Origin: Candidatus Multivoradales bacterium
Lineage (GTDB): Bacteria; Acidobacteriota; Thermoanaerobaculia; Multivoradales; JAHEKO01
Length of the DNA: 64,000 bases
Direction of reading: 5' to 3'
NCBI GenBank assembly: GCA_965248055.1
Contig: CBDFIJ010000004.1
Location: 832,001 to 896,000 of the forward strand
This document shows positions 48,037 through 58,484 of the stretch, in pieces; positions within the stretch are counted from its first letter, which is position 1; the number at the start of each line of letters is the position of its first letter. The notes beneath the pieces were generated by a model. It searched no databases, had not been told where the DNA came from, and saw only the letters and a list, made by a program, of their open reading frames with translations. Both the position numbers and the translations under genes were made by a program.

Positions 48037-49797
48037 GTGACTCATTTCTCCAGTCTGCAAGGGCTGCGTTCCTCTCTTTTCTTGAGTCTCGTCGGCCTCT
48101 CGTGCGCGTTGACTGGGGGAACCGATCAACTATCCGCCCAGACACCGCCACAGACACCGACCGTGCAGCCGCCTTTCGTTGATGTCAGTGAGCGCGCCGA
48201 ACTCGATTTCGTCCACTTCAACGGGATGACCGGTGAGTACTACTATGCCGAAATCGTCGGTCCCGGAGTGGGGTTGTTTGACTACGACCGCGACGGCGAC
48301 CTGGATATTTTTCTTCCGCAGGGGAAGTTATTGGGCGCTGAAAAGACAATCGACGATGCAGCATTTCAACCTGCAAAGAGATTTCAACAAGGCGGTCGTT
48401 TGTACCGCAATGAACTAGTTCCCTCTGGCGATCTCAGATTCACCGATCAGACCGCGGAGAGTGGAATTAGGGCGAACGGATATGGCATGGGTGTGGCAGT
48501 GGGAGACTACGACGGCGACGGATGGCTCGATCTATACCTAACCAATCTCGACGACAATCAATTGTTGCGCAATGAAGGCAACGGAAGGTTCACCGATCAA
48601 ACCAAATCGGCAGGAGTCGAAGAGGCTCGCTGGAGCGTTAGCGCGACGTTCTTTGACTACGACGGCGACTCCGACGAGGACCTGTTCGTAGTCAACTACG
48701 TCGACTTCTCCATCAGTGAGCACAAACCGTGTTTTCGCAAATCGAGCGCTCGGGACTACTGCGGACCGCAGTCTTACAATCCGTGGCCAGACCGCTTGTT
48801 CAGCAACCAAGGAGACGGCACCTTTCGCGACGCGGGGACCGCCAGCGGAATTGCGCAATTGCCCGGAGCAGGGCTCGGCGTCGTGGTGTTTGATGCCAAT
48901 GGCGACACCAAGCCGGATCTTTACGTGGCAAACGACGGCATGCAGAACTTCCTCTGGACCAATCAGGGGGACGGCACTCTCAGCAATCAGGCGCTCATGG
49001 CCGGGGTCGCCGTCAACATGAGCGGTGCTGCCGAGGCGAGCATGGGCGTCGATGTCGGCGATTTTGACAACGACGGCGACGACGACATTTTTATCAGTCA
49101 TTTGAGTCGTGAGACCAACACTCTTTACGTCAATGACGGCAGCGGTGGGTTTTCTGATCGCACGGTGCTGCAGGGACTGGGCCCTGGGAGCATCGCCTTC
49201 ACGTCCTTTGGAACCGGGTGGTTCGATTTCGACAACGACGGTCTGTTGGACGTATTCCTCGCCAACGGTGAAGTCAAAGTCATTGAAGAGCTGGCACGCC
49301 AGAAAGACCCCCTGCCGATTCATCAACGCAACCAGTTGTTTCGCAACCATGGAGAGCGATTTCAACAGGTGCAGCCGTTCGCCAACGCGACCGGGGACCT
49401 TTCTGAAGTCAGTCGTGGTGCCGCGTTTGGTGACATCGACAACGATGGGGATACCGACATCGTGGTCGCAAACAACGCTGGCCCAGTCAGGCTGTTAGAA
49501 AACCTGCTGGGCAACCAAAACTCGTGGATCGGTTTCGAACTCGTTGATCCAAGAAGTGCTTCCGGTGCAGTCAATGCGAGGGTAGTCACCCAGCTCCCAT
49601 CCGGAAGATCGCTGTCGAGACGCTCTCGCCGGGACGGCAGTTATGCCTCCGCCAACGATCCGCGGATTGTAGTTGGCCTGCTGGACACCCAAAAGCCGGT
49701 CACCGCAGTCGTTCACTGGGCGGATGGATCGAGTCAAACGTTTGCCAACTTAGCGGTCAATCAGTACCACCGGTTGAAGAAAAGTGCTTCGAAATAG
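48037..49797 (+). CDS. CRTAC1/ASPIC-UnbV family FG-GAP repeat protein
   Basis: Repeated DYDxDGxxD motifs, SRGAAFGDIDNDGD, SYASAND; probable GTG start at 48037. Confidence 0.92.
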   Translation: MTHFSSLQGLRSSLFLSLVGLSCALTGGTDQLSAQTPPQTPTVQPPFVDVSERAELDFVHFNGMTGEYYYAEIVGPGVGLFDYDRDGDLDIFLPQGKLLGAEKTIDDAAFQPAKRFQQGGRLYRNELVPSGDLRFTDQTAESGIRANGYGMGVAVGDYDGDGWLDLYLTNLDDNQLLRNEGNGRFTDQTKSAGVEEARWSVSATFFDYDGDSDEDLFVVNYVDFSISEHKPCFRKSSARDYCGPQSYNPWPDRLFSNQGDGTFRDAGTASGIAQLPGAGLGVVVFDANGDTKPDLYVANDGMQNFLWTNQGDGTLSNQALMAGVAVNMSGAAEASMGVDVGDFDNDGDDDIFISHLSRETNTLYVNDGSGGFSDRTVLQGLGPGSIAFTSFGTGWFDFDNDGLLDVFLANGEVKVIEELARQKDPLPIHQRNQLFRNHGERFQQVQPFANATGDLSEVSRGAAFGDIDNDGDTDIVVANNAGPVRLLENLLGNQNSWIGFELVDPRSASGAVNARVVTQLPSGRSLSRRSRRDGSYASANDPRIVVGLLDTQKPVTAVVHWADGSSQTFANLAVNQYHRLKKSASK

Positions 49798-49824
49798 ATT
49801 TCGCCAATCGTTCTCCCAGGGACA

Positions 49825-51477
49825 ATGACCGCAGTGCGACGCGTTTCCCGACTCCTTTCATCCGCTACTCTGGCAGCGCTGGCAGCGCTGGCAGCGTTGG
49901 TGGTAGCTCAATCAGCAAGTGCACAATCAACCCGTGTCGAACAGAGCTCGGAGGAAACACGGAAATGGGGCTCCAGCCTTTTGGCAATGATCCCGAAACC
50001 CAACACCGAAGGTCTGGAACCAAGGGTCACCGCGCTGCTAGAGAGCAGCTATATGAGTTTGGTAGATGTTTTTGACCCTTCCTCCGAGGAGAGCGCTCTT
50101 GAGCAAGCCGAGACGTTGGGGATGGCGGGGGAAGTGTTCCACGCCCACGCCGCATTGGGATCAGCGATCGCTAGCTATCGTTTGGCGCACGAACGTGACC
50201 CTCAGAACGCACGCTGGCCCTACCTGCTGGGCGTAATTGCCAAAGGACAAGGAGCCTTAGAGGAGAGCCTGACACTGCTCGGCCGTGGCCACGAGCTGAG
50301 GCCAGACCCATTCACCATGTTTCGTATCGCTCAGATTTATCTGGAGCAGGGACGTATCGAAGAGGCTGTCTCGGTCCTTGAACCCTTGCGGGAAATCGAA
50401 GGACTACAGGCGGCGACGCTGGCTGAAATGGGCAAAGCGGCGCTACTCATCGGCGATTTCTCCATTGCAGTCTCCCATTTCACCGACGCACTAGAACAAC
50501 AACCGGAGGCGGTCAGCCTTCACTTCCCCCTCTCGCAAGCCCATCGTGGTAGTGGCGATCTCGACTTAGCTCAGCACCACGCAGAGCTGGGGGGGCAGCG
50601 AAAGGTACGGGCGCTTGATCCGATCCTTCAACAAGTCGGCGAGCGTTCGGTGAGTTCAGAAACCTACGTCACCATGGGAGCGCAAGCGCTGAGAACCGGA
50701 CAGGCGGAGATTGCCGGCGCTGCCTACAGCAAGGCGGTGGAACTCAACCCAGAAAACTATCGCGCTTGGATGAACCTTGGCGTTCTGGCGATGGAGGCAG
50801 AGAACTATGCCAACGCTGAAGATCTGTTTCGCAAGGCCCTGGAACTAGACCCTGAATATGGTTTCGCCCATTTCAATCTGGCCGAGGTGCTGGTCAAAAT
50901 AGATCGCCCGGGCGACGCTCTGGAGCATTTGCGCCAAGCGGTGGTGGTGAACCCCAGCAACGTGGAATTCGGCATGGCCTACGCCGACCAGTTGATGCAC
51001 GCCGAGAACTGGACCGAGGCAGCCGCTCAATACCAACAGGTGGCGAAGGAGGCTCCAGACTTCGCCCGACCACGTCATCTGCAGGCTTTGGCCTTGGTCG
51101 CGCTTGACGACTTCGACGCCGCCTTTGGCTCGATCCGCGAGGCGTGGAAGATTGACCCGACTAACGTCTCTGTCGCCAGTGCGTTGATACGTCTGGCCTC
51201 AACCTCAGGCTCGGACGAGACAGCGAGAGCCGAAGCCTTGCAAGTCGCGAAAGAGCTCTTCCAACACGAACAGTCGGTGGAAAACGGAGAGCAGCTGGCA
51301 ATGGCGTTTGCCGCAACCGAGCATTTTGCCTTGGCGGTACAGATTCAGGAATCAATTACGCAAGTAATGCAAGACAGTGCTGCACCCACCAAAATCCTCT
51401 CATTTGCGCTGGAGAATCTGCGGCGATACAAGAACCAAACAACCGCGCTCGCCCCCTGGCCCGCAGGCTCTTTCTAA
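49825..51477 (+). CDS. Secreted TPR protein
   Basis: Signal peptide (with 9-bp LAA x3 repeat) and multiple TPRs. Confidence 0.88.
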   Translation: MTAVRRVSRLLSSATLAALAALAALVVAQSASAQSTRVEQSSEETRKWGSSLLAMIPKPNTEGLEPRVTALLESSYMSLVDVFDPSSEESALEQAETLGMAGEVFHAHAALGSAIASYRLAHERDPQNARWPYLLGVIAKGQGALEESLTLLGRGHELRPDPFTMFRIAQIYLEQGRIEEAVSVLEPLREIEGLQAATLAEMGKAALLIGDFSIAVSHFTDALEQQPEAVSLHFPLSQAHRGSGDLDLAQHHAELGGQRKVRALDPILQQVGERSVSSETYVTMGAQALRTGQAEIAGAAYSKAVELNPENYRAWMNLGVLAMEAENYANAEDLFRKALELDPEYGFAHFNLAEVLVKIDRPGDALEHLRQAVVVNPSNVEFGMAYADQLMHAENWTEAAAQYQQVAKEAPDFARPRHLQALALVALDDFDAAFGSIREAWKIDPTNVSVASALIRLASTSGSDETARAEALQVAKELFQHEQSVENGEQLAMAFAATEHFALAVQIQESITQVMQDSAAPTKILSFALENLRRYKNQTTALAPWPAGSF

Positions 51478-51510
51478 GGCCTCAAGTCGGGTAAGGATTC
51501 GGGCAGAAAT

Positions 51511-53964
51511 TCACTGTTCCAGGTCAGATAAAACCTGGTGTAAGCGGGGTTGATCCGAATTCAGCGCCAGGGAGATCTCCAGCGCTTCCCTCGCTGCACC
51601 AATGTCTCCGGCGCAGGCGGCTCCGAGACCGTAAAAGGCATGGACCGGTGCGCTGGCTGGGAACCGACTCGACGCGGCGGCTCCAACTTCAGCGGCGCGC
51701 TTACATTCTTCCAAGCGAATCAACACAACCATGTAGTGCACATGGAGCGGCTCGTGCCCGGGAAATCTTTGCAACGCACCGGTGAGAATGGTTGCCGAGC
51801 GCTCCGGTAAATCCAAGATGTCGTAGTCGGCTGCTGCCTGATCTAGGCTGCGCTCGGACGACCTCAGCCCTTTGTCCACAGAGATCCACAGCTCTCGGTC
51901 GGCGTCATCGTGCCGCCCCATTTCTATGTACATGCGCCGCAAGTTGTAATGCGGCGAGGGGTATTCCGGGCTGAGCTCAATGGCTTCTCTGAGAAGAGCT
52001 TCAGCTTCCTCATATTCTTTCTCGTTGATCTTGAGCACCGCAAGGTTGTTCAACTCACCACGGGTACGGACTCCGCTGGCGGGCGACGCCGGAGTCGATT
52101 CTGGGGTTACTGGAGCTGAACTCTGCGAAGAGCCCACAGACTCCACAGTGGAATCTCCTCCGAGGTAGCCCAATGCCTGCAACTTGGCGATGAATTCTGG
52201 ATCCTGGGCCAACGCGACTTCGGCGCCAAACTGCTCTCGTGGCAACACTGTCAATCCAGAATAGTCGACCGCCGGAAGCGCCGCTGGAGTCGGAGATCCT
52301 GGGAGTGGTTTACCAGTCCAAGATTCGTCGGCGGGAATTCCCAGGGCTGCGGCAATGGTTGGAGCCACGTCGTAGACTGAAGCCTCATCGCTAACCTGGC
52401 CCAAGCGCCGTGTGCCGACCCCGGCGACCGCAAAGGATGCATCGGTGGCATGCCACAACGGGGCGGTGCGCCCGGAGAATCCACCCAGTCCTCGAGGTCT
52501 TTCGTCGCCCCATTTGAAGCCATGGTCCGAAACCAAAATCCAAGTACACTCAGAGAGTGGGCACTCTTGGAGGTAGCGACCGATCCAGCGATCTGCGGCC
52601 TGGTAGTAACGAGGAATCGCCTCAGAGTAGCGCGATGCCTCCTCAACACTGACATCAGCGTCAACCGGTGGTGATTGGTATCTCGCTAGCAAGTGGCCGA
52701 CCGTATCGGTACCCTCAAGGTAAGCCATCAACAGATCGGGTTTATCTTGTGCCACCAATAATCCAGACCCCATGTAGGTTCGCGTCGAGGCAACAATCCG
52801 CCGAAATCCATCGATCGGATCTTCCATTCCCGCGTCCGCGGCAACCGCCTCGGCGTATTCATCTGCCGGCACCGCCATGAATGGATTCACGACCTGCCAA
52901 TTGGTCTCTTCCACAGCGCGGTTTCGTAAAGAGGTAAATTCCTCAGTTCGCGAAGCAGGATAAACCAAGTGTTCAGGATCGCGGCTAAACACGCTCTTGT
53001 CGATCCCCTGCGTCAGAGTGTAGTAAAGGCGATCCGAGACCAAGGTGCCATTCAGCTCGGTCGCAGGCCAAGAAGCCCACCACCCGATAACTCCAACACG
53101 CTTACCCAGAACCGACGCCATTTCCCAAATCGTGGGTGACTTGCGACTGCGAGCACTGACTGGCACCACCTGACCGGTCTCTGGATCGCGTTCGACAAAA
53201 TCCAAAATGCCGTGCTGGTCAGGGCTAACACCCGTCGCCACACTGGTCCAAATCAGCGGGGACAAGATGGGCACCAGTGTTTCCATGGTTCCCCAAGTCC
53301 CGGCCTGCAAGAGATTGGTCAGGTTGGGCATCCGACCCGACCTTGACAACGGTTGAACGAAATCCCAATCCAAACCATCGACCGCCATCACCACCACCCG
53401 AGCCGATCGCGACGGCAAGGTCGCCCGAATGCCACGCGCAAGATACCGCTTCATCGACTGGGCGGAACTGGTGAATTCGACCCCCAGTCGAGATCCCGCG
53501 AGATCTTTATCTTGCTGGAATCCGGACCCCGTTAAGGCTGCGGCGACCTGTTGCGCCAACTCACTAGCAGGGTTTGGCGGACAATCGGGCTCCGCCAATG
53601 CGGCAAAAAAGCAACCGAAGGAGATTTTCTCAGACCACGTCCGGAGGGAATCTTCCACCACTTGTTTAAACGCTGTAGCGGGGTAGTCCGCAGCAACTAG
53701 CTGTACCAGAGTCCCTTTGGGCGGTGTCCAACGCAAACCAGCTTGAACGGTCTCCCCGCTGGCGGTCGGAAGTTCTATTGCAGCGGAGAGGGGAACTCCT
53801 CCACTCGACTGCCAGCGCCAACGCGGGCTGGGGGAAAAGAACGAAGATGCTTTGATCTCGCCCGTGCCCGGATTCCAAAGCAGTTCCCCGGATCTTGTCC
53901 AACGGAACGCAAACAGCAGAGTTAGCGGTAGGACGATCGCCACGCCTATGATCAGTTTTCGCAC
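51511..53964 (-). CDS. Alkaline phosphatase superfamily (type I phosphodiesterase/NPP-like) protein with C-terminal TPRs
   Basis: AVDGLDW, SPLIWTSVATG..HGI.DF, D.VGH, VSDHGF, DVAPT, LQALGY, then TPRs. Confidence 0.88.
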   Translation of the reverse strand: MRKLIIGVAIVLPLTLLFAFRWTRSGELLWNPGTGEIKASSFFSPSPRWRWQSSGGVPLSAAIELPTASGETVQAGLRWTPPKGTLVQLVAADYPATAFKQVVEDSLRTWSEKISFGCFFAALAEPDCPPNPASELAQQVAAALTGSGFQQDKDLAGSRLGVEFTSSAQSMKRYLARGIRATLPSRSARVVVMAVDGLDWDFVQPLSRSGRMPNLTNLLQAGTWGTMETLVPILSPLIWTSVATGVSPDQHGILDFVERDPETGQVVPVSARSRKSPTIWEMASVLGKRVGVIGWWASWPATELNGTLVSDRLYYTLTQGIDKSVFSRDPEHLVYPASRTEEFTSLRNRAVEETNWQVVNPFMAVPADEYAEAVAADAGMEDPIDGFRRIVASTRTYMGSGLLVAQDKPDLLMAYLEGTDTVGHLLARYQSPPVDADVSVEEASRYSEAIPRYYQAADRWIGRYLQECPLSECTWILVSDHGFKWGDERPRGLGGFSGRTAPLWHATDASFAVAGVGTRRLGQVSDEASVYDVAPTIAAALGIPADESWTGKPLPGSPTPAALPAVDYSGLTVLPREQFGAEVALAQDPEFIAKLQALGYLGGDSTVESVGSSQSSAPVTPESTPASPASGVRTRGELNNLAVLKINEKEYEEAEALLREAIELSPEYPSPHYNLRRMYIEMGRHDDADRELWISVDKGLRSSERSLDQAAADYDILDLPERSATILTGALQRFPGHEPLHVHYMVVLIRLEECKRAAEVGAAASSRFPASAPVHAFYGLGAACAGDIGAAREALEISLALNSDQPRLHQVLSDLEQ

Positions 53965-54008
53965 CAGCAGAGGCTATCGATCAGGAGGTTGATTAGCAAA
54001 GAGTAGAC

Positions 54009-54039
54009 AAAAAGAAAGGGGGGCTGATGCCCCCCTTTC
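54009..54039 (-). terminator. Rho-independent terminator of the TonB receptor gene
   Basis: 11-bp stem GAAAGGGGGGC/GCCCCCCTTTC, 4-nt loop, U-tract on the minus strand. Confidence 0.88.
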
Positions 54040-54061
54040 GTACACGCTGTTAAGAGCGGAC

Positions 54062-56986
54062 TTAGAAGCTAAAGCGAACACCCAAACGAATCGACCGCGG
54101 ACGCTGCCATGCGTTCGTTGTGTTGAACGCTGTGTTGGTCGGCGGACGCGCGCTATCGCCAGGTTGGATCGGTGCATAGTGCTCACCGGTCACCCAGTCG
54201 AGAACTCCATAGTCCTCTTGAGGGGGCGTGTAGCGATTACTGCGCAAAGTCTCACCCTGCAGGTCGAGTAGATTGAATATGTCTACCAGCAGGTTGATCT
54301 CAGTACCGTTGCTGAGTGAAATCGGGTAACCCACATGGAGGTCAGCCTCATACTCAGTATCTGTGCTACCGAAAGCTCCGCGCTCGGAGAGGTAGTACTC
54401 CCAGTTGGAGTAGCCTTGTGAATACCCCATTGCCGTAACCGGCGTACCGTCGCGCATGTAAGCGGAGGCACCCAAGACAACGCCATTCTCAAAGCTGTAG
54501 GAACCATCCCACTTGGCCTGGAACGGACGATCATTCGACAATTTACCGGTGTTATTGACCGAGAAATCGAAGTAGTCGAACGCCGAGTTCAGGTTGGGAT
54601 CGAGTTGACCGGTAGAGGCCTGGAACAATCCGTCATAGGTACCTTCAAGATCTGAGAAGAGCAAGGAGGCGATGAACTGGAAGTTCTTGGTTGGGCGCTT
54701 GGTTAAGGTCACCTCAAAACCAGTAAACGAACGGGTCGGAACCGGTAGGGTGTGCAAGGTCTCGTTATAGCCAAAGGCATAGCCCAGGTCATAGGTACCT
54801 TGCATGTCACCGCGGCCAGGGTTGCCGATGAAGTAATCACCGTCAGCAGCTAGCGCGTCTTCCATGATGTTTTCCAACTCACGGTCGATGTACTTGATGC
54901 CCAAACCGAGTCCCTGTGTGAGCTCGTACTCAGCACCCAGAACGATCTCTTCGATGTGTTGGCTCTCAGTCGCAGGATCGACACGAGAAAATCCACCACC
55001 CAAGGTACGAGAAGGCCTGATACTGCTGTCGTTGGCGATGTTGTTCGGGTCATCAGTCAAGTTGTATGCAAAGACTGAAATCTCACCGCCGTAGGAGCGA
55101 ATCACGATATCCATTGGGATGGTCTCGTAAAACGTGCCGTAGTGACCATAGATCTTGGAACGCCCGTTCTTGAGCGGATCCCAGATGATACCAATGCGAG
55201 GTGCAGTGGCGTCATCCAGCTCTTGGTGAGCAACACCGTCCCCGTTGAACAGAGTCTGGGTATCGTGACGCACACCCAAGTTCAGGGTGAGATTGTCGGC
55301 CACGCGCCAGGAATCCTGCACGAAGAATGCGTCATCTTCCGCTTTGGTCTTGACCGTCAACGGATGTTGCAGATCAGCCAGGGTAGCGAAATTCGGATCG
55401 ATCTTTGAACTCACATAGTAGCGATGACGATAGTAGTAGTCCTGGTCACAACGACTGCCGCAGTTGAAGCGATAGATCCGCTGACCTCCTGAATTGGTGT
55501 TGGCGTTGTCCACCGAGATCTCCTCGGTCTCAGCACCAAACTTGAACTCATGGTCACCACCGAAATCGTTGGCAAAGTAGGTCAGGTCAACACGAACTTG
55601 GTCGCGGCCAAACTTTTGATTCTGGTGAAAACCGAAACCGGAAGCCGAAGGCGCACCAGGCCAACCCCAAACAGTGGTGCCGTCGCCCAGAGGATTACTG
55701 CTATCGATGAAGCCGATCAAATCAGCACCGGCTCCAGCCAATGACGACTCTTCTTGATGCTCGGAAATTCGGCCTGAGACCAAGACGTTGTCAGTAAAGA
55801 CGCCGTCGTAGTTCAAAGCATAGTCAGGAGCACCAGTGTTGAGGACACCGGTGAAATGAGTCGGAGGGGCTGCCAAGGAATAGCCAGCCAGCAGTCCATT
55901 TTCACTACCAGAATCGTCAAAGTAGGAACCCGCCAACGTGTGGGTTGGAGTCATTTTCCAGGTCAACTTGGCAGCAGCCAAATCACGCTCGGTGGTAGTG
56001 GTAAACGCATCGCCGAGACCAGGTGCACCCGCCACAAATGGGGCGAAGTTTTCCAACGATTCTTTGTCGTCTTGATTGTCGACACGGTCATAGGCCACGA
56101 AATACCAGAGCTTGTCCTTCGAAAACGCACCGCCAATGTCGAAGCCAAGGTCTGAGCGATTACGGCCAACCGTCTTGGTCGAACCGGACACCGCACCAGC
56201 GGCCGCCTCGGAAACAAGGCTGGACTCGAGGGAATCGTCATCCCAGTAACCGAAAATGTCACCGGTCAACTCGTTGCCACCCGACTTGGTCACCACTTCA
56301 ATGATGCCACCCGTGTTGCGGCCATACTCGGCGCCGTAGCTACCGGTCTTGACCTGCACCTCTTGGATGAACTCAAAGTTGAGCGATTTACCCTGTTGCC
56401 CGAGCTCTACGCCGGTGGTGTTCACACCGTCGATGTAGTACGCATTCTCGGCACCAGTGGAACCATAAAAGGTGGTTCCGGAGGCGTCGGTCTGTGCACC
56501 AGGCGCCACTTGTGCGGCACCAATATAGTTGCGACCAGCAGGGTTGTTCTCAAAATAGTCAGAACCCAACGTGATACCACCTTCGGTACTCGAAGTGTTG
56601 ATCAAGGGGCGGTCGCTACCGGTCACCACAACGGTGTCGGTGAAGCTGGAGTTCATCGTCACAGCCAAGGGGGTATTCCCCGAAAGAGTAACTCGAACAT
56701 CCTCTTGGACCACGTCCTGAAAGCCTTCAATGCTGAAGGTCACACTGTAGCTGCCCGGGGGCAGTGGGACCAAACGGAATGATCCGTTGGTGCCGCTAAC
56801 CACAATCTTCTCACCCTGCAAAGCGGGCGAAGCAGCGGTAGCGGTGACGCCCGGAAGCGTCGCGCCGTTCTCGTCGACCACGCGGCCCGAAATCGCGCCA
56901 GTGCTGGACTGAGCAAAGGTGACAGACGGGACCAACAACAAAGCCACTGCAAGCAGGGCTAAGCCTAATGTCCTTTTGTCGTACAT
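54062..56986 (-). CDS. Oar-like TonB-dependent receptor with carboxypeptidase-regulatory-like N-domain
   Basis: Signal peptide, GAISGRVVD..LPGVT, EVQVKTG.YGAEYG..TKSGGN, FVQDSW, terminal RLGVRFSF; RBS AAGGAGG. Confidence 0.93.
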   Translation of the reverse strand: MYDKRTLGLALLAVALLLVPSVTFAQSSTGAISGRVVDENGATLPGVTATAASPALQGEKIVVSGTNGSFRLVPLPPGSYSVTFSIEGFQDVVQEDVRVTLSGNTPLAVTMNSSFTDTVVVTGSDRPLINTSSTEGGITLGSDYFENNPAGRNYIGAAQVAPGAQTDASGTTFYGSTGAENAYYIDGVNTTGVELGQQGKSLNFEFIQEVQVKTGSYGAEYGRNTGGIIEVVTKSGGNELTGDIFGYWDDDSLESSLVSEAAAGAVSGSTKTVGRNRSDLGFDIGGAFSKDKLWYFVAYDRVDNQDDKESLENFAPFVAGAPGLGDAFTTTTERDLAAAKLTWKMTPTHTLAGSYFDDSGSENGLLAGYSLAAPPTHFTGVLNTGAPDYALNYDGVFTDNVLVSGRISEHQEESSLAGAGADLIGFIDSSNPLGDGTTVWGWPGAPSASGFGFHQNQKFGRDQVRVDLTYFANDFGGDHEFKFGAETEEISVDNANTNSGGQRIYRFNCGSRCDQDYYYRHRYYVSSKIDPNFATLADLQHPLTVKTKAEDDAFFVQDSWRVADNLTLNLGVRHDTQTLFNGDGVAHQELDDATAPRIGIIWDPLKNGRSKIYGHYGTFYETIPMDIVIRSYGGEISVFAYNLTDDPNNIANDSSIRPSRTLGGGFSRVDPATESQHIEEIVLGAEYELTQGLGLGIKYIDRELENIMEDALAADGDYFIGNPGRGDMQGTYDLGYAFGYNETLHTLPVPTRSFTGFEVTLTKRPTKNFQFIASLLFSDLEGTYDGLFQASTGQLDPNLNSAFDYFDFSVNNTGKLSNDRPFQAKWDGSYSFENGVVLGASAYMRDGTPVTAMGYSQGYSNWEYYLSERGAFGSTDTEYEADLHVGYPISLSNGTEINLLVDIFNLLDLQGETLRSNRYTPPQEDYGVLDWVTGEHYAPIQPGDSARPPTNTAFNTTNAWQRPRSIRLGVRFSF

Positions 56987-57124
56987 AAAACGATCCTCCT
57001 TTGGGGATTAATGGGGTGATCGAATATCCGCGACCAAGGTTTTGGGCGAGTGATTTCGACCGCTTCTTAACATTATCTTTTGTTATGTAGTAGTACTGCA
57101 CGCAGTACCTTCGTTGGGAAAAGT

Positions 57125-57140
57125 TGCAATCCCTGTACCA
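57125..57140 (-). promoter_or_regulatory. Sigma-54 (-24/-12) promoter TGGTAC-N5-TTGCA
   Basis: Fits TGGYAC-N5-TTGCW about 140 bp upstream of the TonB receptor start. Confidence 0.7.
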
Positions 57141-57319
57141 TAGGACGTAGCAAGGCAGAACTCAACCCCTAGGGCGCCAAGAGCAGCCTAAGTGTCTCTA
57201 TTTATGCGACTAACGGTCCCATCTGACGACAGACCGAAAGTCCATTCTGGGTTCTCGGTCTCTCTGGGAATTCAATGAATTGAAGTGTGATCCGGATGGT
57301 TGGAATTTATTTCCGAGTG

Positions 57320-58291
57320 TTACTCTAGGTAAGTCATCATTTCTGCGGCAGTGGCCGCATCTTCAGTCCCAGGAGCAAGCTCGACGACCCGCTCAAAATG
57401 ATGTCTTGCCTGGTCACTGTCCCTAGCATTCACGTAGCACAGTCCGAGTTGAAAATGAGCGGCAGGCAAGTCGGGGTTGAGTGCCAAGGCGTGGTTCAGG
57501 GAACTCTGCGCAGCATCCATGTCACCGGCGTTGAAATGCGACAACCCCACCTCGGCGTGTCCGGCGGCAGCCTTGATAGGAGACACCTCCTCCAGCTCCA
57601 CCAACATCGGCATCAGCTCTTCCACCGAAGCACCATTGTGCTTAAACGCCATATAGCGGAGTTCGATCCCTTTGACATTGGAAGGGTCAAGCTCGACTGC
57701 CCTAGTAGCCAGCTCGCTGGATTGTGCATAACTACCCTGTTCCAAACGGATGGCACTCAACGCGACCAACGCAGGCACCACCGAGTCGTCCAACGACAAG
57801 ACCTCTTCAAAGGCAGCGGATGCACTGTCGTAGTCGCCCTGGCGGGCTGCTTCGAATGCCCGGTCATAAGGCTTCACCGCGTCGGGGTGCATGGCATAGC
57901 TACCATCAGCCATGGCTCCACCCTTGACAGATGCTAGCGACGGCAGGGTCATGTTGTACTCGTCGTTCGCCTTGACTGCAACCGACAACTGTTGAGCCAA
58001 CGGAACATATCCCTCCTTGCTCAGCCGATAGAGATAGCTCACCGTCGCGTCATTGATCAGCAGCGAATAGGCCCCCTCAGCATCGCTGACCGTCTCAGCA
58101 ACCACTTCACCGGTATCCGGTGACTCAGCCGTAATCGCCACCTCAGCAAGCGGAACCCCATCCTGATCCGAAATCACCCCCCACACCCGCGCCTGCTTCC
58201 GCTGGGCCATGGCCGGGCTCGCCAAAACCAACACTGTGATGGCAGTCGCTACCACTCCTAGCCACGTTCGACTCTTCTTGCTATAGATCAT
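57320..58291 (-). CDS. Secreted carboxypeptidase-regulatory-like domain + TPR protein
   Basis: Signal peptide, WGVISDQDG.PL, SKEGY, TPRs. Confidence 0.88.
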   Translation of the reverse strand: MIYSKKSRTWLGVVATAITVLVLASPAMAQRKQARVWGVISDQDGVPLAEVAITAESPDTGEVVAETVSDAEGAYSLLINDATVSYLYRLSKEGYVPLAQQLSVAVKANDEYNMTLPSLASVKGGAMADGSYAMHPDAVKPYDRAFEAARQGDYDSASAAFEEVLSLDDSVVPALVALSAIRLEQGSYAQSSELATRAVELDPSNVKGIELRYMAFKHNGASVEELMPMLVELEEVSPIKAAAGHAEVGLSHFNAGDMDAAQSSLNHALALNPDLPAAHFQLGLCYVNARDSDQARHHFERVVELAPGTEDAATAAEMMTYLE

Positions 58292-58484
58292 TTGTCATGA
58301 CTCCTCGTCCTCCTGGTAACTGCTGAAAGAAGCAATTCAACCTCGGTTCTCCATTTTATCGTCGCCCGGCTAGGTTGCCCAAGCTCGACGCGACAGCGTC
58401 ATTGACACAGCGCAAACTCCGTACCAACTACCCATCTGTGGATCAATCCATCCGAATTGCACAGCCACTTGATATCGTTGGCCG

